Assembly: GCA_963601575.1 (NCBI GenBank)
Contig: CAVCFO010000003.1
Span: forward strand, 33,472 to 97,471
DNA length: 64,000 bases
Source: a bacterium
Lineage (GTDB): Bacteria > Bacillota > Clostridia > Peptostreptococcales > Anaerovoracaceae
Direction: 5' to 3'
Part shown: piece by piece, positions 34,928 through 44,265 of the stretch
How the letters are laid out: every line of letters starts with the position of its first letter
Position numbering within the stretch: the first letter of the stretch is position 1
Translations under genes and position numbers: made by a program
The notes under the pieces: generated by a model
The model's database searches: none
Seen by the model: the letters and a program-made list of their open reading frames with translations, nothing else
What the model was told of the DNA's origin: nothing

Positions 34928-37713
34928 ACAAAAAACTGCCAAATTCCAGACTTTATCAAGTAATAGGGCTCGTGATAATCCTTATGCTTCTGCTTTGCAT
35001 AAGGCTTTTTGTGCTTACGGTCATTCAGCAGGAAAAGTGGGAGGCTTCGGCGGAAAGCCAGAATACGAAAGAGGTGGTGACCGCAGCCCCCAGAGGAGAA
35101 ATCCTCGATCGCTATGGGAGGCTCCTGGCAGGAAACAAGCAGATTTTTACGGTGACCTTCAATGTAAGCGGAATGGACACCCGGCAGATAAACGATTCCT
35201 GCTATTCGCTGGTCAAGCTTCTGGAAAAAAACGGCGATGAGTATGTGGACAATTTTCCGATAAAGATCACAAAGAGCGGGAAATTCTACTACACATACGA
35301 TTCTGACAAAAAGAAATGGCTAAAATCTCTGGGACTTGATAAGGATGCTACGGCAGAAGAAGCCCTGGCGCTGCTCAGAAAAAAATATGACATAAGTGCC
35401 GAGCTTGACCGTTTCGAGGCAGCTAAAGAGCTCCAGGAGAAATATAGCATTTGGCCACCGATAATCACCAAGAGCATGACGTTCTCATATGACTCTAAGA
35501 AGCAGAGCTTTATCGAAAAATACGACCTCTATGTTATGGATACGGACGAAAACGGAAAGCAGGTTAAGCGCACGGATCTGTCCGCAAAAGAAGCCTTCAT
35601 GGCGCTCCGCGAAAAATATAGCATAGATGAGGAGCTGACGGATAGGCAGGCTCGCAAGATCTTTGTCATACGCGAAGAGATAAAGAATATCGGCTACAAC
35701 AAATACCGCTCAAGCACCATTGCAAGCGGGGTCTGCGACGAAACAGTTGCATATATCGAAGAGATGGGAGACGTATTAAAGGGCGTTGAGATCGCATCGG
35801 AGACAGTGAGATATTATCCAAACGGCTCGCTGCTTTCGCATGTTCTTGGCTATATGGGAAGCATCTCAGACTCCCAGTACGAGGAATATGTAACAGAAAA
35901 GGGCTATAGCGCCGATGACCTCATCGGAAAAGACGGAATAGAGGCGACCATGGAATCCAAGCTCAGGGGAACGGACGGAATCAAGAGCATCCTCGTAAAC
36001 AGCTCCGGCGACTATGTGGATACCATAAGCCAGACGGAGCCTGTGGCAGGCAAGAATGTCTATCTTACCATAGATGCCGACCTGCAGGAATTTGCCGAAA
36101 GCTGTCTTGAGAAGTGTATAAAGGCGGTCAAATCAGGCGGAGTATATAAGAGCAAATATGGCAACAGAACGCTCAGAAAATATTCGAATTGCGGCTCGGG
36201 GGCTGTAGTTGCAATAGATGTGGAAACGGCAGATGTCCTTGCCATGGCAAGCTATCCGGACTTTGATCCTAACATCTTTGCCGAGGGTATATCCACGAAG
36301 GACTGGGCATCCGTGCAGAGCACGAACCCGCGGGATTCACTTGCGCCTACCCCGCTATATAATATAGCAACAAGCAGCGCGGTGCAGCCGGGCTCCACAT
36401 TTAAGCCTATTACGGCGGTAGCCGCCCTCAAATGCGGCCTTGACCCGAATCGCAGGATATATGACGGCAATTATATCGAGCTTGGCGGAAGGCGCTTCGG
36501 TTGCGCAAACTACAACAGCGGCATCGGTTCTCATGGCTATGAGACCTTGATCCAAGGTATCCAGAATTCCTGCAACTACTATTTTTATTGTATAGGAACA
36601 GGAATCGACTGGAATTCGAAGTCTTCGCTCGGATATAAGAGCAAGATTTCCATCGAAAAGATCATGGAGGTGGCAAAGGAATTCGGCCTCGGCGAAAAGA
36701 CGGGAATCGAGCTTTATGAAGTTACAACGCCTCTTGCTTCGAAGGAGCGCAAGATGGAATCCATGAAAAATTCTCTCTGGAATGCTCTTTACTATAGCGG
36801 AAACAAATATTGGCCGAAGTCCACCACCAAGGATGATGCGAAATTCAGAGAGGAAATCGATACGATAGCAGGCTGGATCGAAGAAAATCCTGAGCGCGAT
36901 GAGATTATAAGCAGGCTAAAGAACGAGACCACTGTCAAGAGTTCAAAAATAGAGACACTTGCGGATGTCTGCAAATATTCCTACTTCAATCAGGCAGAGT
37001 GGGGAACGGGCGACGAGTTCAACATATCCATCGGGCAAGGTGATAATGCCTATACGCCGCTGCAGATGGCAAACTATATCGCAACCCTCGGAAACGACGG
37101 AAAGCGTAACCAGGTCAGCATAGTCAAGGGCATCGAAGGTGAGGGCAAGACGAAAAAGGACGATCCATACGAGATCGATGCGGACAAGTCGGATCTTATG
37201 ACCGTAATCGAGGGAATGAAGCTGGTAGTCAAGAACGGCACCCTGGCATCTACCTTTGCAAACTTTCCTATAGAGGTTGCCGGAAAAACCGGAACCGCAC
37301 AGAGGGACGGATATATCAATCCGAAGGATGAGGTTTCGTATGTTAAAAATCATCTTTCGGCTATCGCACCGGGGATATCCTGGTCCAGCGTCCAAAAGCA
37401 AATGAAGAAGATGATGAAGGAGGACCCCGTGAGCTATCCGACAGAAAATGATGCCGTGGATCAGGCACTGATTACGGTAAGCAACCGCACGGTAAGCCAG
37501 TCGAAGATCAATCAATATAAGGATACTTATGATAACTTTGCTTGGACCGTCGCCATGGCGCCTGCCGACAATCCGAAGATTGCGGTTGTTGTCCTGCTGG
37601 TTCAAGGAGGCATGTCCTATAATGCAGCGCCGGTTGCAAGGGATATAATCGGCCAGTACCTGCAGGTGGAAGCCAAAACAGGCACACTTGATCTATCAAA
37701 CAAAATAAACTAA
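34924..37713 (+). CDS. mrdA: penicillin-binding protein 2 (class B transpeptidase), long 929-aa form
   Basis: N-terminal TM and transpeptidase motifs STFKP (SxxK), SCN (SxN) and KTGTA (KTG), in the mreBCD-pbp context. Confidence 0.88.
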   Translation: MNKKLPNSRLYQVIGLVIILMLLLCIRLFVLTVIQQEKWEASAESQNTKEVVTAAPRGEILDRYGRLLAGNKQIFTVTFNVSGMDTRQINDSCYSLVKLLEKNGDEYVDNFPIKITKSGKFYYTYDSDKKKWLKSLGLDKDATAEEALALLRKKYDISAELDRFEAAKELQEKYSIWPPIITKSMTFSYDSKKQSFIEKYDLYVMDTDENGKQVKRTDLSAKEAFMALREKYSIDEELTDRQARKIFVIREEIKNIGYNKYRSSTIASGVCDETVAYIEEMGDVLKGVEIASETVRYYPNGSLLSHVLGYMGSISDSQYEEYVTEKGYSADDLIGKDGIEATMESKLRGTDGIKSILVNSSGDYVDTISQTEPVAGKNVYLTIDADLQEFAESCLEKCIKAVKSGGVYKSKYGNRTLRKYSNCGSGAVVAIDVETADVLAMASYPDFDPNIFAEGISTKDWASVQSTNPRDSLAPTPLYNIATSSAVQPGSTFKPITAVAALKCGLDPNRRIYDGNYIELGGRRFGCANYNSGIGSHGYETLIQGIQNSCNYYFYCIGTGIDWNSKSSLGYKSKISIEKIMEVAKEFGLGEKTGIELYEVTTPLASKERKMESMKNSLWNALYYSGNKYWPKSTTKDDAKFREEIDTIAGWIEENPERDEIISRLKNETTVKSSKIETLADVCKYSYFNQAEWGTGDEFNISIGQGDNAYTPLQMANYIATLGNDGKRNQVSIVKGIEGEGKTKKDDPYEIDADKSDLMTVIEGMKLVVKNGTLASTFANFPIEVAGKTGTAQRDGYINPKDEVSYVKNHLSAIAPGISWSSVQKQMKKMMKEDPVSYPTENDAVDQALITVSNRTVSQSKINQYKDTYDNFAWTVAMAPADNPKIAVVVLLVQGGMSYNAAPVARDIIGQYLQVEAKTGTLDLSNKIN

Positions 37714-37746
37714 TTCATATAAACCTTTGTAGGAGAAGAAAGAATA

Positions 37747-38481
37747 ATGGGAAGAACTATTGCAATTGTTTCGGGAAAAGGCGGAACCGGCAAGACGATG
37801 TTTGCCGCAAATTTGGGTGCCACGCTGGCAAAGATGGGAAAGCGTGTGATACTCGTTGATATGGACGCGGGTCTTAGAAATCTCGACCTTTATCTCGGGC
37901 TGGAAAATAGAGTCGTATATGATGTAAATGATGTTATGAACGGAGTTTGCAGAATTCGCCAGGCGATAATCAAAGATAAGATGTTCCCGGGTCTGTCATT
38001 TATGGCGGCATCTCCCAGGAGAGATGAGGGGGATCTCACGCCGCTTCACTCGAGGGTTTTGTGCAGGAAGCTTGCAGAGAAATTTGACTATGTGATACTC
38101 GACTCGCCTGCGGGCGTAGACGACGGACTTGACATGGTTCTGGGCGGAGCCGAAGAGGTGATTGTGGTTATAAATCCTGAAATTTCTTCGATCCGTGACA
38201 GCGAGCTTGTTAGCAATGTGCTGAAGTCCAAGGGAATCCAAAATATTTATTATGTAATAAACAAAATAAATATCAAGCTGATAAACTCAGGCTTCGCGCC
38301 GAGCATGGAGGATGTCACCCGAGGCATAGCAAATAGAGTAATCGGCCTCATAAGGGAGGATGAGAATATTCATATTTCGACGAATTTGGGGCTTCCGGTT
38401 GTCTTCAAGGAGAATACATATATAGCCGCAAATTTCCGCAAAATCGCAAGCAGAATCGATAGGATGCGAGGCGCAAACTAA
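37747..38481 (+). CDS. minD: MinD-like ParA/MinD-family ATPase (no adjacent minC/minE)
   Basis: Deviant Walker A SGKGGTGKT, DMDAGLRNLDL, ILDSPAG, NPEISSIRDSE; collinear with E. coli MinD apart from the C-terminus. Confidence 0.8.
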   Translation: MGRTIAIVSGKGGTGKTMFAANLGATLAKMGKRVILVDMDAGLRNLDLYLGLENRVVYDVNDVMNGVCRIRQAIIKDKMFPGLSFMAASPRRDEGDLTPLHSRVLCRKLAEKFDYVILDSPAGVDDGLDMVLGGAEEVIVVINPEISSIRDSELVSNVLKSKGIQNIYYVINKINIKLINSGFAPSMEDVTRGIANRVIGLIREDENIHISTNLGLPVVFKENTYIAANFRKIASRIDRMRGAN

Positions 38482-39596
38482 AAGTTTATCGCCTTGCTGT
38501 TGACGCCGACATTTACGACGATGCCGATGGAGATCATGCTGGCGATTACGGATGTGCCGCCGCCGGAGAGCAGCGGAAGGGTGATACCCGTAACCGGCAT
38601 GAGACCCATGGTCATGGCTATGTTTTCGAAGACCTGGAACAGGAACATTCCCGTGAAGCCGACTACGATGAGCGCACCGTAAAGGTCTACGGAATCGCGG
38701 ATTATCTTCGTAAATCTCGCAAAAAGAAAAGCATAGAGGAGGACGACGGCGGCACCCCCGATGAATCCAAGCTCCTCCGCTATAACAGAAAATATAAAGT
38801 CAGATTGCTGGACCGGTATAAAGTCCAGCCCTTTTTGTGTTCCCTGAAAAAGTCCCTTGCCCGTGAGCCCTCCGGAGCCGATTGCGACCTTTGATTGCCA
38901 AACCTGATAATTTCCAGAAAGACTCAGATTCTCCGGATGAAGGAAGGCTTCGATCCTTTCCTTTTGATAATCGTCCAGGAATGTATATACTACCGGGATT
39001 GCCGCAAGGCAAAGCAGTGCCGACTTGAGAAAAACTTTGTAGTCGATTCCGGCAAAGAATACCATGAATATCCACATAACCATATATACCAGAGCGCTAC
39101 CAAGGTCTTCCTTCAGAACGATGAGAATAATCGGCGCGGCAAATAATACCGACTTTATAACTCCGGCAAATGAGTCGAGTTCGTTGCGATGCTCCGAAAG
39201 ATAGCCTGCCATAAGGAGCACGAAAATAATTTTTACGAATTCGGAGGGCTGAAGCGTCGTCACGCCCAGATTTATCCATGCGCGAGAACCATATTGCGTG
39301 ATTCCAAGCCCCGGGATATAAACCGTCAGCAGGATAAGGATTGCCGCAATATATAGGAATTTTTCCAAACCGCTGAAAAATCTATAGTCAAATTGCTGAA
39401 TAAAAAGCAGCACGCCAAAGCCCAGGATGTAGGCGATTGCCTGTATCCAAACGGGTCTTCCGGCGTCCCCGAAGATGACAAGCTCCTCATCATAAACGGT
39501 GCTCTCCAGCATGAGCAGACTCAGAATCCCCAGGGCTGCCACTATTATGAATATGAATTTATCTGCATTCTTGAGCGGACTAAAAATTTTGTTCAT
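38478..39596 (-). CDS. rodA: SEDS-family peptidoglycan glycosyltransferase RodA/FtsW
   Basis: 372 aa, about 10 TMs, SEDS motifs (QPSEFVKI, PEAHTDFIF-like QQSDFIFSVIAEELG, GLMPVTGITLPLLSGGG). Its stop overlaps the minD stop convergently. Confidence 0.88.
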   Translation of the reverse strand: MNKIFSPLKNADKFIFIIVAALGILSLLMLESTVYDEELVIFGDAGRPVWIQAIAYILGFGVLLFIQQFDYRFFSGLEKFLYIAAILILLTVYIPGLGITQYGSRAWINLGVTTLQPSEFVKIIFVLLMAGYLSEHRNELDSFAGVIKSVLFAAPIILIVLKEDLGSALVYMVMWIFMVFFAGIDYKVFLKSALLCLAAIPVVYTFLDDYQKERIEAFLHPENLSLSGNYQVWQSKVAIGSGGLTGKGLFQGTQKGLDFIPVQQSDFIFSVIAEELGFIGGAAVVLLYAFLFARFTKIIRDSVDLYGALIVVGFTGMFLFQVFENIAMTMGLMPVTGITLPLLSGGGTSVIASMISIGIVVNVGVNSKAINF

Positions 39597-39614
39597 TTCT
39601 TGCCTTTCTTATCC

Positions 39615-39644
39615 TTGACATTTCATTGACTTAAACATTATAAT
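39615..39644 (+). promoter_or_regulatory. sigma-A promoter of rny
   Basis: TTGACA-18 nt-TATAAT, about 100 nt upstream of GTG 39746. Confidence 0.55.
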
Positions 39645-39745
39645 ATATATCGTATGGATATATCAAGTTTTAATTATGTAATGCACTTTTTTATTATAAA
39701 AACAACTGAAATATATACAGATTTTACAGAAAAGGAGGTGCTATA

Positions 39746-41290
39746 GTGACAGGAACAATTATAACAATCGCAGCAGCCGCCGCTGCACTTATAGTCGGCG
39801 CGCTGTTCGGATATATATATCGCAAGAATGTAGGCGAAAAGGTCATCGGCAGTGCCGAAACGAAGGCGAAAAACCTGATTTTGGATGCGGAAAACAGATC
39901 CGAAAGTATGAAAAAAGAAGCAGTTCTGGAAGCAAAGGAAGAAGCTCACAGGCTCAGAAGCGAGGCAGAAAAAGATGCCAGAGAAAGACGCTCAGAGCTT
40001 CAGCGTTCGGAACGTAGATTGATACAAAAGGAAGAGTCACTTGACAAAAAAATCGAAAATATCGAAAGAAAAGAAGAAAGCATTACACAAAAAGAACAAT
40101 CTCTGGTAAAGAAACAAAAGAATCTTGATGAAGTCATTTCCAAACAAATGGAAGAGCTGGAGAGGATCTCGGGATATACCGTAGAGGAAGCAAAGGCAAT
40201 ACTCCTTGCCAATACCGAAAAGGAAGTAAGGCACGATGCTTCAGTCATGATTAAAGAAATAGAGACCAAGGCAAAGGAAGAGGCAGACAAGAAAGCAAAA
40301 TATATCATTACAAATGCAATTCAAAGATGCGCCGCAGATCATGTTGCGGAGAGCACGGTTTCCGTTGTTCCGCTTCCAAATGACGAGATGAAGGGGAGAA
40401 TAATCGGTCGTGAGGGCAGAAACATCAGAGCAATCGAGACATTGACAGGCGTTGATCTGATCATAGACGATACACCTGAAGCGGTTATTCTGTCGGGCTT
40501 TGATCCGGTTCGCAGAGAGATCGCAAGGGTTGCCCTTGAGAAGCTCATCGTAGACGGGCGTATCCATCCTACGAGAATCGAAGAAATGGTCGAAAAGGCC
40601 ACGAAGGAAGTAAATAATATCATCAAAGAGGAAGGCGAGCAGGCAACATTCGAGGTGGGCATTCACAATATCCATCCGGAGCTTGTTAAGATCCTCGGAA
40701 GACTCAAATACAGAACCTCATACGGGCAGAATGTCCTCAAACATTCCATCGAGGTTTCGCACCTTGCTGGGCTCATGGCAGGAGAACTCGGCCTTGACAT
40801 CAAACTTGCAAAGCGCGCCGGCCTTTTGCACGATATAGGCAAGGCCATGGACCACGAGTACGAGGGTACCCATGTTGACATCGGCATAGACATCCTGCGC
40901 AAGTACAAAGAATCAGAGGCAGTCATCGATGCAATGGCATCGCACCACGGCGACTATGAGCCAAAGAGCATGGAGGCGGTGCTCATCGCGGCAGCAGACG
41001 CACTTTCGGCGGCAAGACCGGGCGCAAGACGCGAAACATTGGATGCATATGTCAAACGTCTCGAAAAGCTGGAGGATATCGCAAATACCACTCCGGGCGT
41101 TGAAAAATCATTCGCAATTCAGGCAGGAAGAGAGATCAGAATCATCGCAAAACCGGAAGAGGTCAAGGATGACGAGATCGCTATACTCGCAAGAGAAATT
41201 TCAAAGAAGATCGAGTCGGAGCTCGAATATCCGGGTCAGATCAAGGTCAATGTTGTGAGAGAAACCAGAGCCATCGACTATGCAAAATAG
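39746..41290 (+). CDS. rny: ribonuclease Y
   Basis: GTG start after the AAAAGGAGG RBS. N-terminal TM, coiled coil, KH ([17 protein letters not shown]) and HD domain (LHDIGKA ... HHGD). Confidence 0.95.
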   Translation: MTGTIITIAAAAAALIVGALFGYIYRKNVGEKVIGSAETKAKNLILDAENRSESMKKEAVLEAKEEAHRLRSEAEKDARERRSELQRSERRLIQKEESLDKKIENIERKEESITQKEQSLVKKQKNLDEVISKQMEELERISGYTVEEAKAILLANTEKEVRHDASVMIKEIETKAKEEADKKAKYIITNAIQRCAADHVAESTVSVVPLPNDEMKGRIIGREGRNIRAIETLTGVDLIIDDTPEAVILSGFDPVRREIARVALEKLIVDGRIHPTRIEEMVEKATKEVNNIIKEEGEQATFEVGIHNIHPELVKILGRLKYRTSYGQNVLKHSIEVSHLAGLMAGELGLDIKLAKRAGLLHDIGKAMDHEYEGTHVDIGIDILRKYKESEAVIDAMASHHGDYEPKSMEAVLIAAADALSAARPGARRETLDAYVKRLEKLEDIANTTPGVEKSFAIQAGREIRIIAKPEEVKDDEIAILAREISKKIESELEYPGQIKVNVVRETRAIDYAK

Positions 41291-41318
41291 CATGATTTTA
41301 GGTATTTATAAAAACTTT

Positions 41319-41347
41319 TGGAGGCAGGCTTCTGCCTCCATATTTTA
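41319..41347 (+). terminator. intrinsic terminator after rny
   Basis: TGGAGGCAG-GCTT-CTGCCTCCA followed by TATTTT. Confidence 0.7.
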
Positions 41348-41364
41348 GCTTTAGTGAGGGGAAA

Positions 41365-42768
41365 ATGAATGGGGAAAACTTGAACAGCCTAAAGACTGTT
41401 AACAGGCAGTTCTACAAAAAGCTCACGGTTGTGGGCATTCCTATGGTAATTCAGCAGGTTATTGCGGTTACGCTCAACCTTGCAGATACGATAATGGTAG
41501 GCAAGGTTGGAGAAAATGCCCTTGCGGCTGTGGGAGCAGCGAATCAGATATATTTCATCTTCGGTGTCGTGCTTTTCGGCGTCTTCAGCGGCGCGGCTGT
41601 TCATGCCGTGCAATACTGGGGCATACGCGACATCGCAAGCCTCCGCAAGATAATCGGTATCGACTATACGGTCTGCCTCGTTTTGGCGATCCCTGCGATT
41701 ATCTTCGTATACTTTGCGGCGCCATTTCTCATCGGCATTTTTTCCGATGAGCCTGAGGTTGTCAAGCTTGGAACGAAATATATGCACATTGCGTGCTTTT
41801 CATATATATTTGCAGGGCTTACCTTCGTAATTTCCTATAATTCGAGGGCGATACAGGACGTAAAGGTTCCGACGATAATCAACGCGGGAGCGATCCTTAC
41901 AAACGTTATATTTAACTACCTTTTGATCTATGGCAAATTCGGATTTCCGGAGCTTGGGGTCGAGGGTGCTGCAATTGCAACTCTCATCGCGAGAATCGCA
42001 GAGTGCATAGCAATGCACCTTTCGGTATATCTCAGAAAGGAATATCCGCTAAAGGCAAGCCTCCGCGAGCTCACATCATATTCGCGCACGCTTTTTGCAA
42101 ACGTCATGAAGACGGCAATTCCGGTAATACTTACGGAAGGGCTGTGGGCGGTTTCCGTATCATGCATATTCGCAGCCTATGGCAAGATAAGCGCGGCGGC
42201 ATTTGCGGTTTCGCAGGTTGCGATGACCGTTACCGACTTTTTCCAAACTGTCTACTTTGGACTGGGTAACGCCTCAGCGGTTCTTCTGGGCGAGGTCCTG
42301 GGGCAGGGCAAGAAAAAGCTTACATATCAATATAGCCGCAACATCCTAAAGATCACCTGGATTTTGAATGTAGTGATGACAGTTGTAATAATTTGCCTCA
42401 GGCAGCCGATCGCAAATATCTACAATTTTTCGCCTGAGACAACGGACATGCTGATGAAGGCACTTTTAGTATATGCAATAGCGGTAACTCCGAAGATGCT
42501 TTCGTACATGATGATTTGCGCGATTTTTAGACCGGGCGGAGATACTATGTTTTGCATGTATGTAGATGTGGCATTTAATATAGGTATTCAGGTTCCGCTG
42601 GCATATATCAGCGTCCTGGCATTGAATTTGCCGCTGCACTGGGCAATGGCTGTGGTTGCCATAGCGGATGTGATAAAGATTATAATTTGCTATTATCGCT
42701 ACTTCACAAAAAAATGGATGAATATTTTTACGGGAGTAGGCGAGGCAGAAGAGGAAGATATATGTTAG
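41365..42768 (+). CDS. MATE-family efflux transporter
   Basis: 467 aa, 12 TMs, MATE-like N-terminus (IPMVIQQVIAVTLNLADTIMVGKVGENALAAVG). Confidence 0.88.
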   Translation: MNGENLNSLKTVNRQFYKKLTVVGIPMVIQQVIAVTLNLADTIMVGKVGENALAAVGAANQIYFIFGVVLFGVFSGAAVHAVQYWGIRDIASLRKIIGIDYTVCLVLAIPAIIFVYFAAPFLIGIFSDEPEVVKLGTKYMHIACFSYIFAGLTFVISYNSRAIQDVKVPTIINAGAILTNVIFNYLLIYGKFGFPELGVEGAAIATLIARIAECIAMHLSVYLRKEYPLKASLRELTSYSRTLFANVMKTAIPVILTEGLWAVSVSCIFAAYGKISAAAFAVSQVAMTVTDFFQTVYFGLGNASAVLLGEVLGQGKKKLTYQYSRNILKITWILNVVMTVVIICLRQPIANIYNFSPETTDMLMKALLVYAIAVTPKMLSYMMICAIFRPGGDTMFCMYVDVAFNIGIQVPLAYISVLALNLPLHWAMAVVAIADVIKIIICYYRYFTKKWMNIFTGVGEAEEEDIC

Positions 42769-43946
42769 TTTATTTGGATAACAGCGCGACAACAAGACAA
42801 TATGATGCGGTTTCGGATGCGATGCAATCTGCCATGCGCGAAAACTTCGGCAATCCTTCGTCACTACATTCGCTCGGACTCGCAGCAGAAAAAGAAGTCA
42901 AGGCATCGCGCCACAAGCTGGCAAAGTTCATAGGAGCATCGGATGAGGAAATCTGCTTCACCTCATGCGGCACGGAATCGGACAACACGGTCCTCATGGG
43001 AGCAGCCGGGGCGAAGAAACGGCGCGGAAACAAGATAATAATTTCTGCGGTAGAGCATCCTGCGATACTGGAACCTGCGAAAAAGCTTGAGTCTATGGGC
43101 TACAAGGTCGAATATATCGGAGTCGACAGGCTCTGCAGGCTCGATATTGAAGGGCTTAGAAATGCAATCGACGATGAGACGATTCTAATCTCTGTTATGA
43201 CTGTAAATAACGAGACAGGCACTATGATGCCGATAAAGAAAATAGCCAAAATAAAGGACGAATATAATCGCAAGAGCGGGACCGATATATGGCTGCATTC
43301 CGATGCGGTCCAGGCGCTTGGCAAGATTCCGCTTAACATGGCAGGAGAATATGCCGGCGTAGACTTTCTGTCTATGAGCGCGCACAAGATACATGGCCCC
43401 AAGGGAATGGGCGCGCTCTATATCAGAAAAGGCCAAAACCTCCCAGCGTTCATGCTGGGCGGCGGGCAGGAAAGACATAAGCGATCAGGTACCGAAAATA
43501 CGCCCGGGATCATCGGATTCGGAAAGGCATGCGAAATAGCAGATTCTAGCTTTGACAGGCGGATAGAAGCCATGAAAGAGGCAAGAGACTATCTCCTCAT
43601 GCTTATCAAGAACGAAATTTCGGATATTGCGATAAATAGCCCGCAGGATCAGGACGCATGCCCATCGGTGCTTAACATCTCATTTCTTGGGACGAGAGGC
43701 GAGGTGCTGCTGCATACATTGGAGCAGGACGGGATCTATGTATCCACAGGCTCTGCATGCGCTTCGAATCATTCCTCTGCGAAGGGCTCGCATGTTCTGA
43801 ATGCGATGGGGCTTTCGCCAAAGGAAATCGAAGGCGCCATAAGATTCAGTTTCAGCGAGTTTAATACGAAGGAAGAGATGGAATATGTCGCATGTAAGGT
43901 GAAGGCTGCGGTGACGAGATTCAGGAGGCTGGGAAGCTTTCGATAA
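42762..43946 (+). CDS. nifS: cysteine desulfurase (NifS/IscS class V aminotransferase), presumed sulfur donor for ThiI
   Basis: YLDNSATT, PLP-Lys SAHKIHGPKG, RSGTEN, active-site GSACAS. ATG 42762 overlaps the MATE stop. Confidence 0.92.
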   Translation: MLVYLDNSATTRQYDAVSDAMQSAMRENFGNPSSLHSLGLAAEKEVKASRHKLAKFIGASDEEICFTSCGTESDNTVLMGAAGAKKRRGNKIIISAVEHPAILEPAKKLESMGYKVEYIGVDRLCRLDIEGLRNAIDDETILISVMTVNNETGTMMPIKKIAKIKDEYNRKSGTDIWLHSDAVQALGKIPLNMAGEYAGVDFLSMSAHKIHGPKGMGALYIRKGQNLPAFMLGGGQERHKRSGTENTPGIIGFGKACEIADSSFDRRIEAMKEARDYLLMLIKNEISDIAINSPQDQDACPSVLNISFLGTRGEVLLHTLEQDGIYVSTGSACASNHSSAKGSHVLNAMGLSPKEIEGAIRFSFSEFNTKEEMEYVACKVKAAVTRFRRLGSFR

Positions 43947-43972
43947 CAGTCAGAGTGGCAGGTCACAAATGT

Positions 43973-44038
43973 GTCTTTGGCATTTAGTCCTCGTCGCGGA
44001 TGATTTCTGTGGCTTCACTCGCCATTGTTTGGAAACTT
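43973..44038 (+). repeat. 66-bp perfect direct repeat, copy 1 (nifS-thiI spacer)
   Basis: GTCTTTGGCATTTAGTCCTCGTCGCGGATGATTTCTGTGGCTTCACTCGCCATTGTTTGGAAACTT is identical to 44186-44251. Confidence 0.95.
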
Positions 44039-44086
44039 GGCGAACGTGCGCCTGAGAACGCACCAAGTTTCTACAAACAATCTGGC
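44021..44086 (+). other. long imperfect hairpin (9+8+3 bp with two 2-nt bulges) formed by the 3' end of repeat copy 1 and unique spacer sequence
   Basis: GCCATTGTTTGGAAACTTGG ... CCAAGTTTC-TA-CAAACAAT-CT-GGC, paired base by base by hand. Confidence 0.6.
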
Positions 44087-44185
44087 TCCCTCGACCACGA
44101 AATCGTAGCCGCTCCTGCGGAATCATGCCTTCGACACTTTGTGACCTGCCCCAAAAGTATATTATCGGAGAGGAAGGGCAAAGAA

Positions 44186-44251
44186 GTCTTTGGCATTTAG
44201 TCCTCGTCGCGGATGATTTCTGTGGCTTCACTCGCCATTGTTTGGAAACTT
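44186..44251 (+). repeat. 66-bp perfect direct repeat, copy 2, ending next to the thiI RBS
   Basis: Identical to 43973-44038, offset 213 bp. It is followed by AGAAAGGAAAAATT-ATG (thiI). Confidence 0.95.
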
Positions 44252-44265
44252 AGAAAGGAAAAATT

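Larger units (their letters stand above)
43957..44150 (+). other. 16-bp long-range inverted repeat enclosing a ~194-nt domain (structured RNA or MITE-like termini)
   Basis: GGCAGGTCACAAA(T)GTG at 43957-43973 pairs with CACTTTGTGACCTGCC at 44135-44150 (13+3 bp, one bulge). Confidence 0.6.

Noticed and set aside
44045-44090. TPP (THI-box) riboswitch suspected from CCTGAGAA ... ATCTGG upstream of thiI
   Set aside because: Only the short CUGAGA-like and AUCUGG-like strings are present. The conserved GGGGUGC/ACCC pairing and the ...GAUAAUGCCAGCG... segment are absent. thiI (s4U/thiazole sulfur transfer) is also not a typical TPP-riboswitch target.
43950-44231. 93-aa minus-strand ORF spanning the nifS-thiI spacer (MKPQKSSATRTKCQR... 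repeated at both ends)
   Set aside because: It has a GTG start with no RBS. Its internal repeat simply mirrors the 66-bp DNA repeat, and its composition is basic and low-complexity. The nucleic-acid-level structure explains the region better than a coding sequence does.
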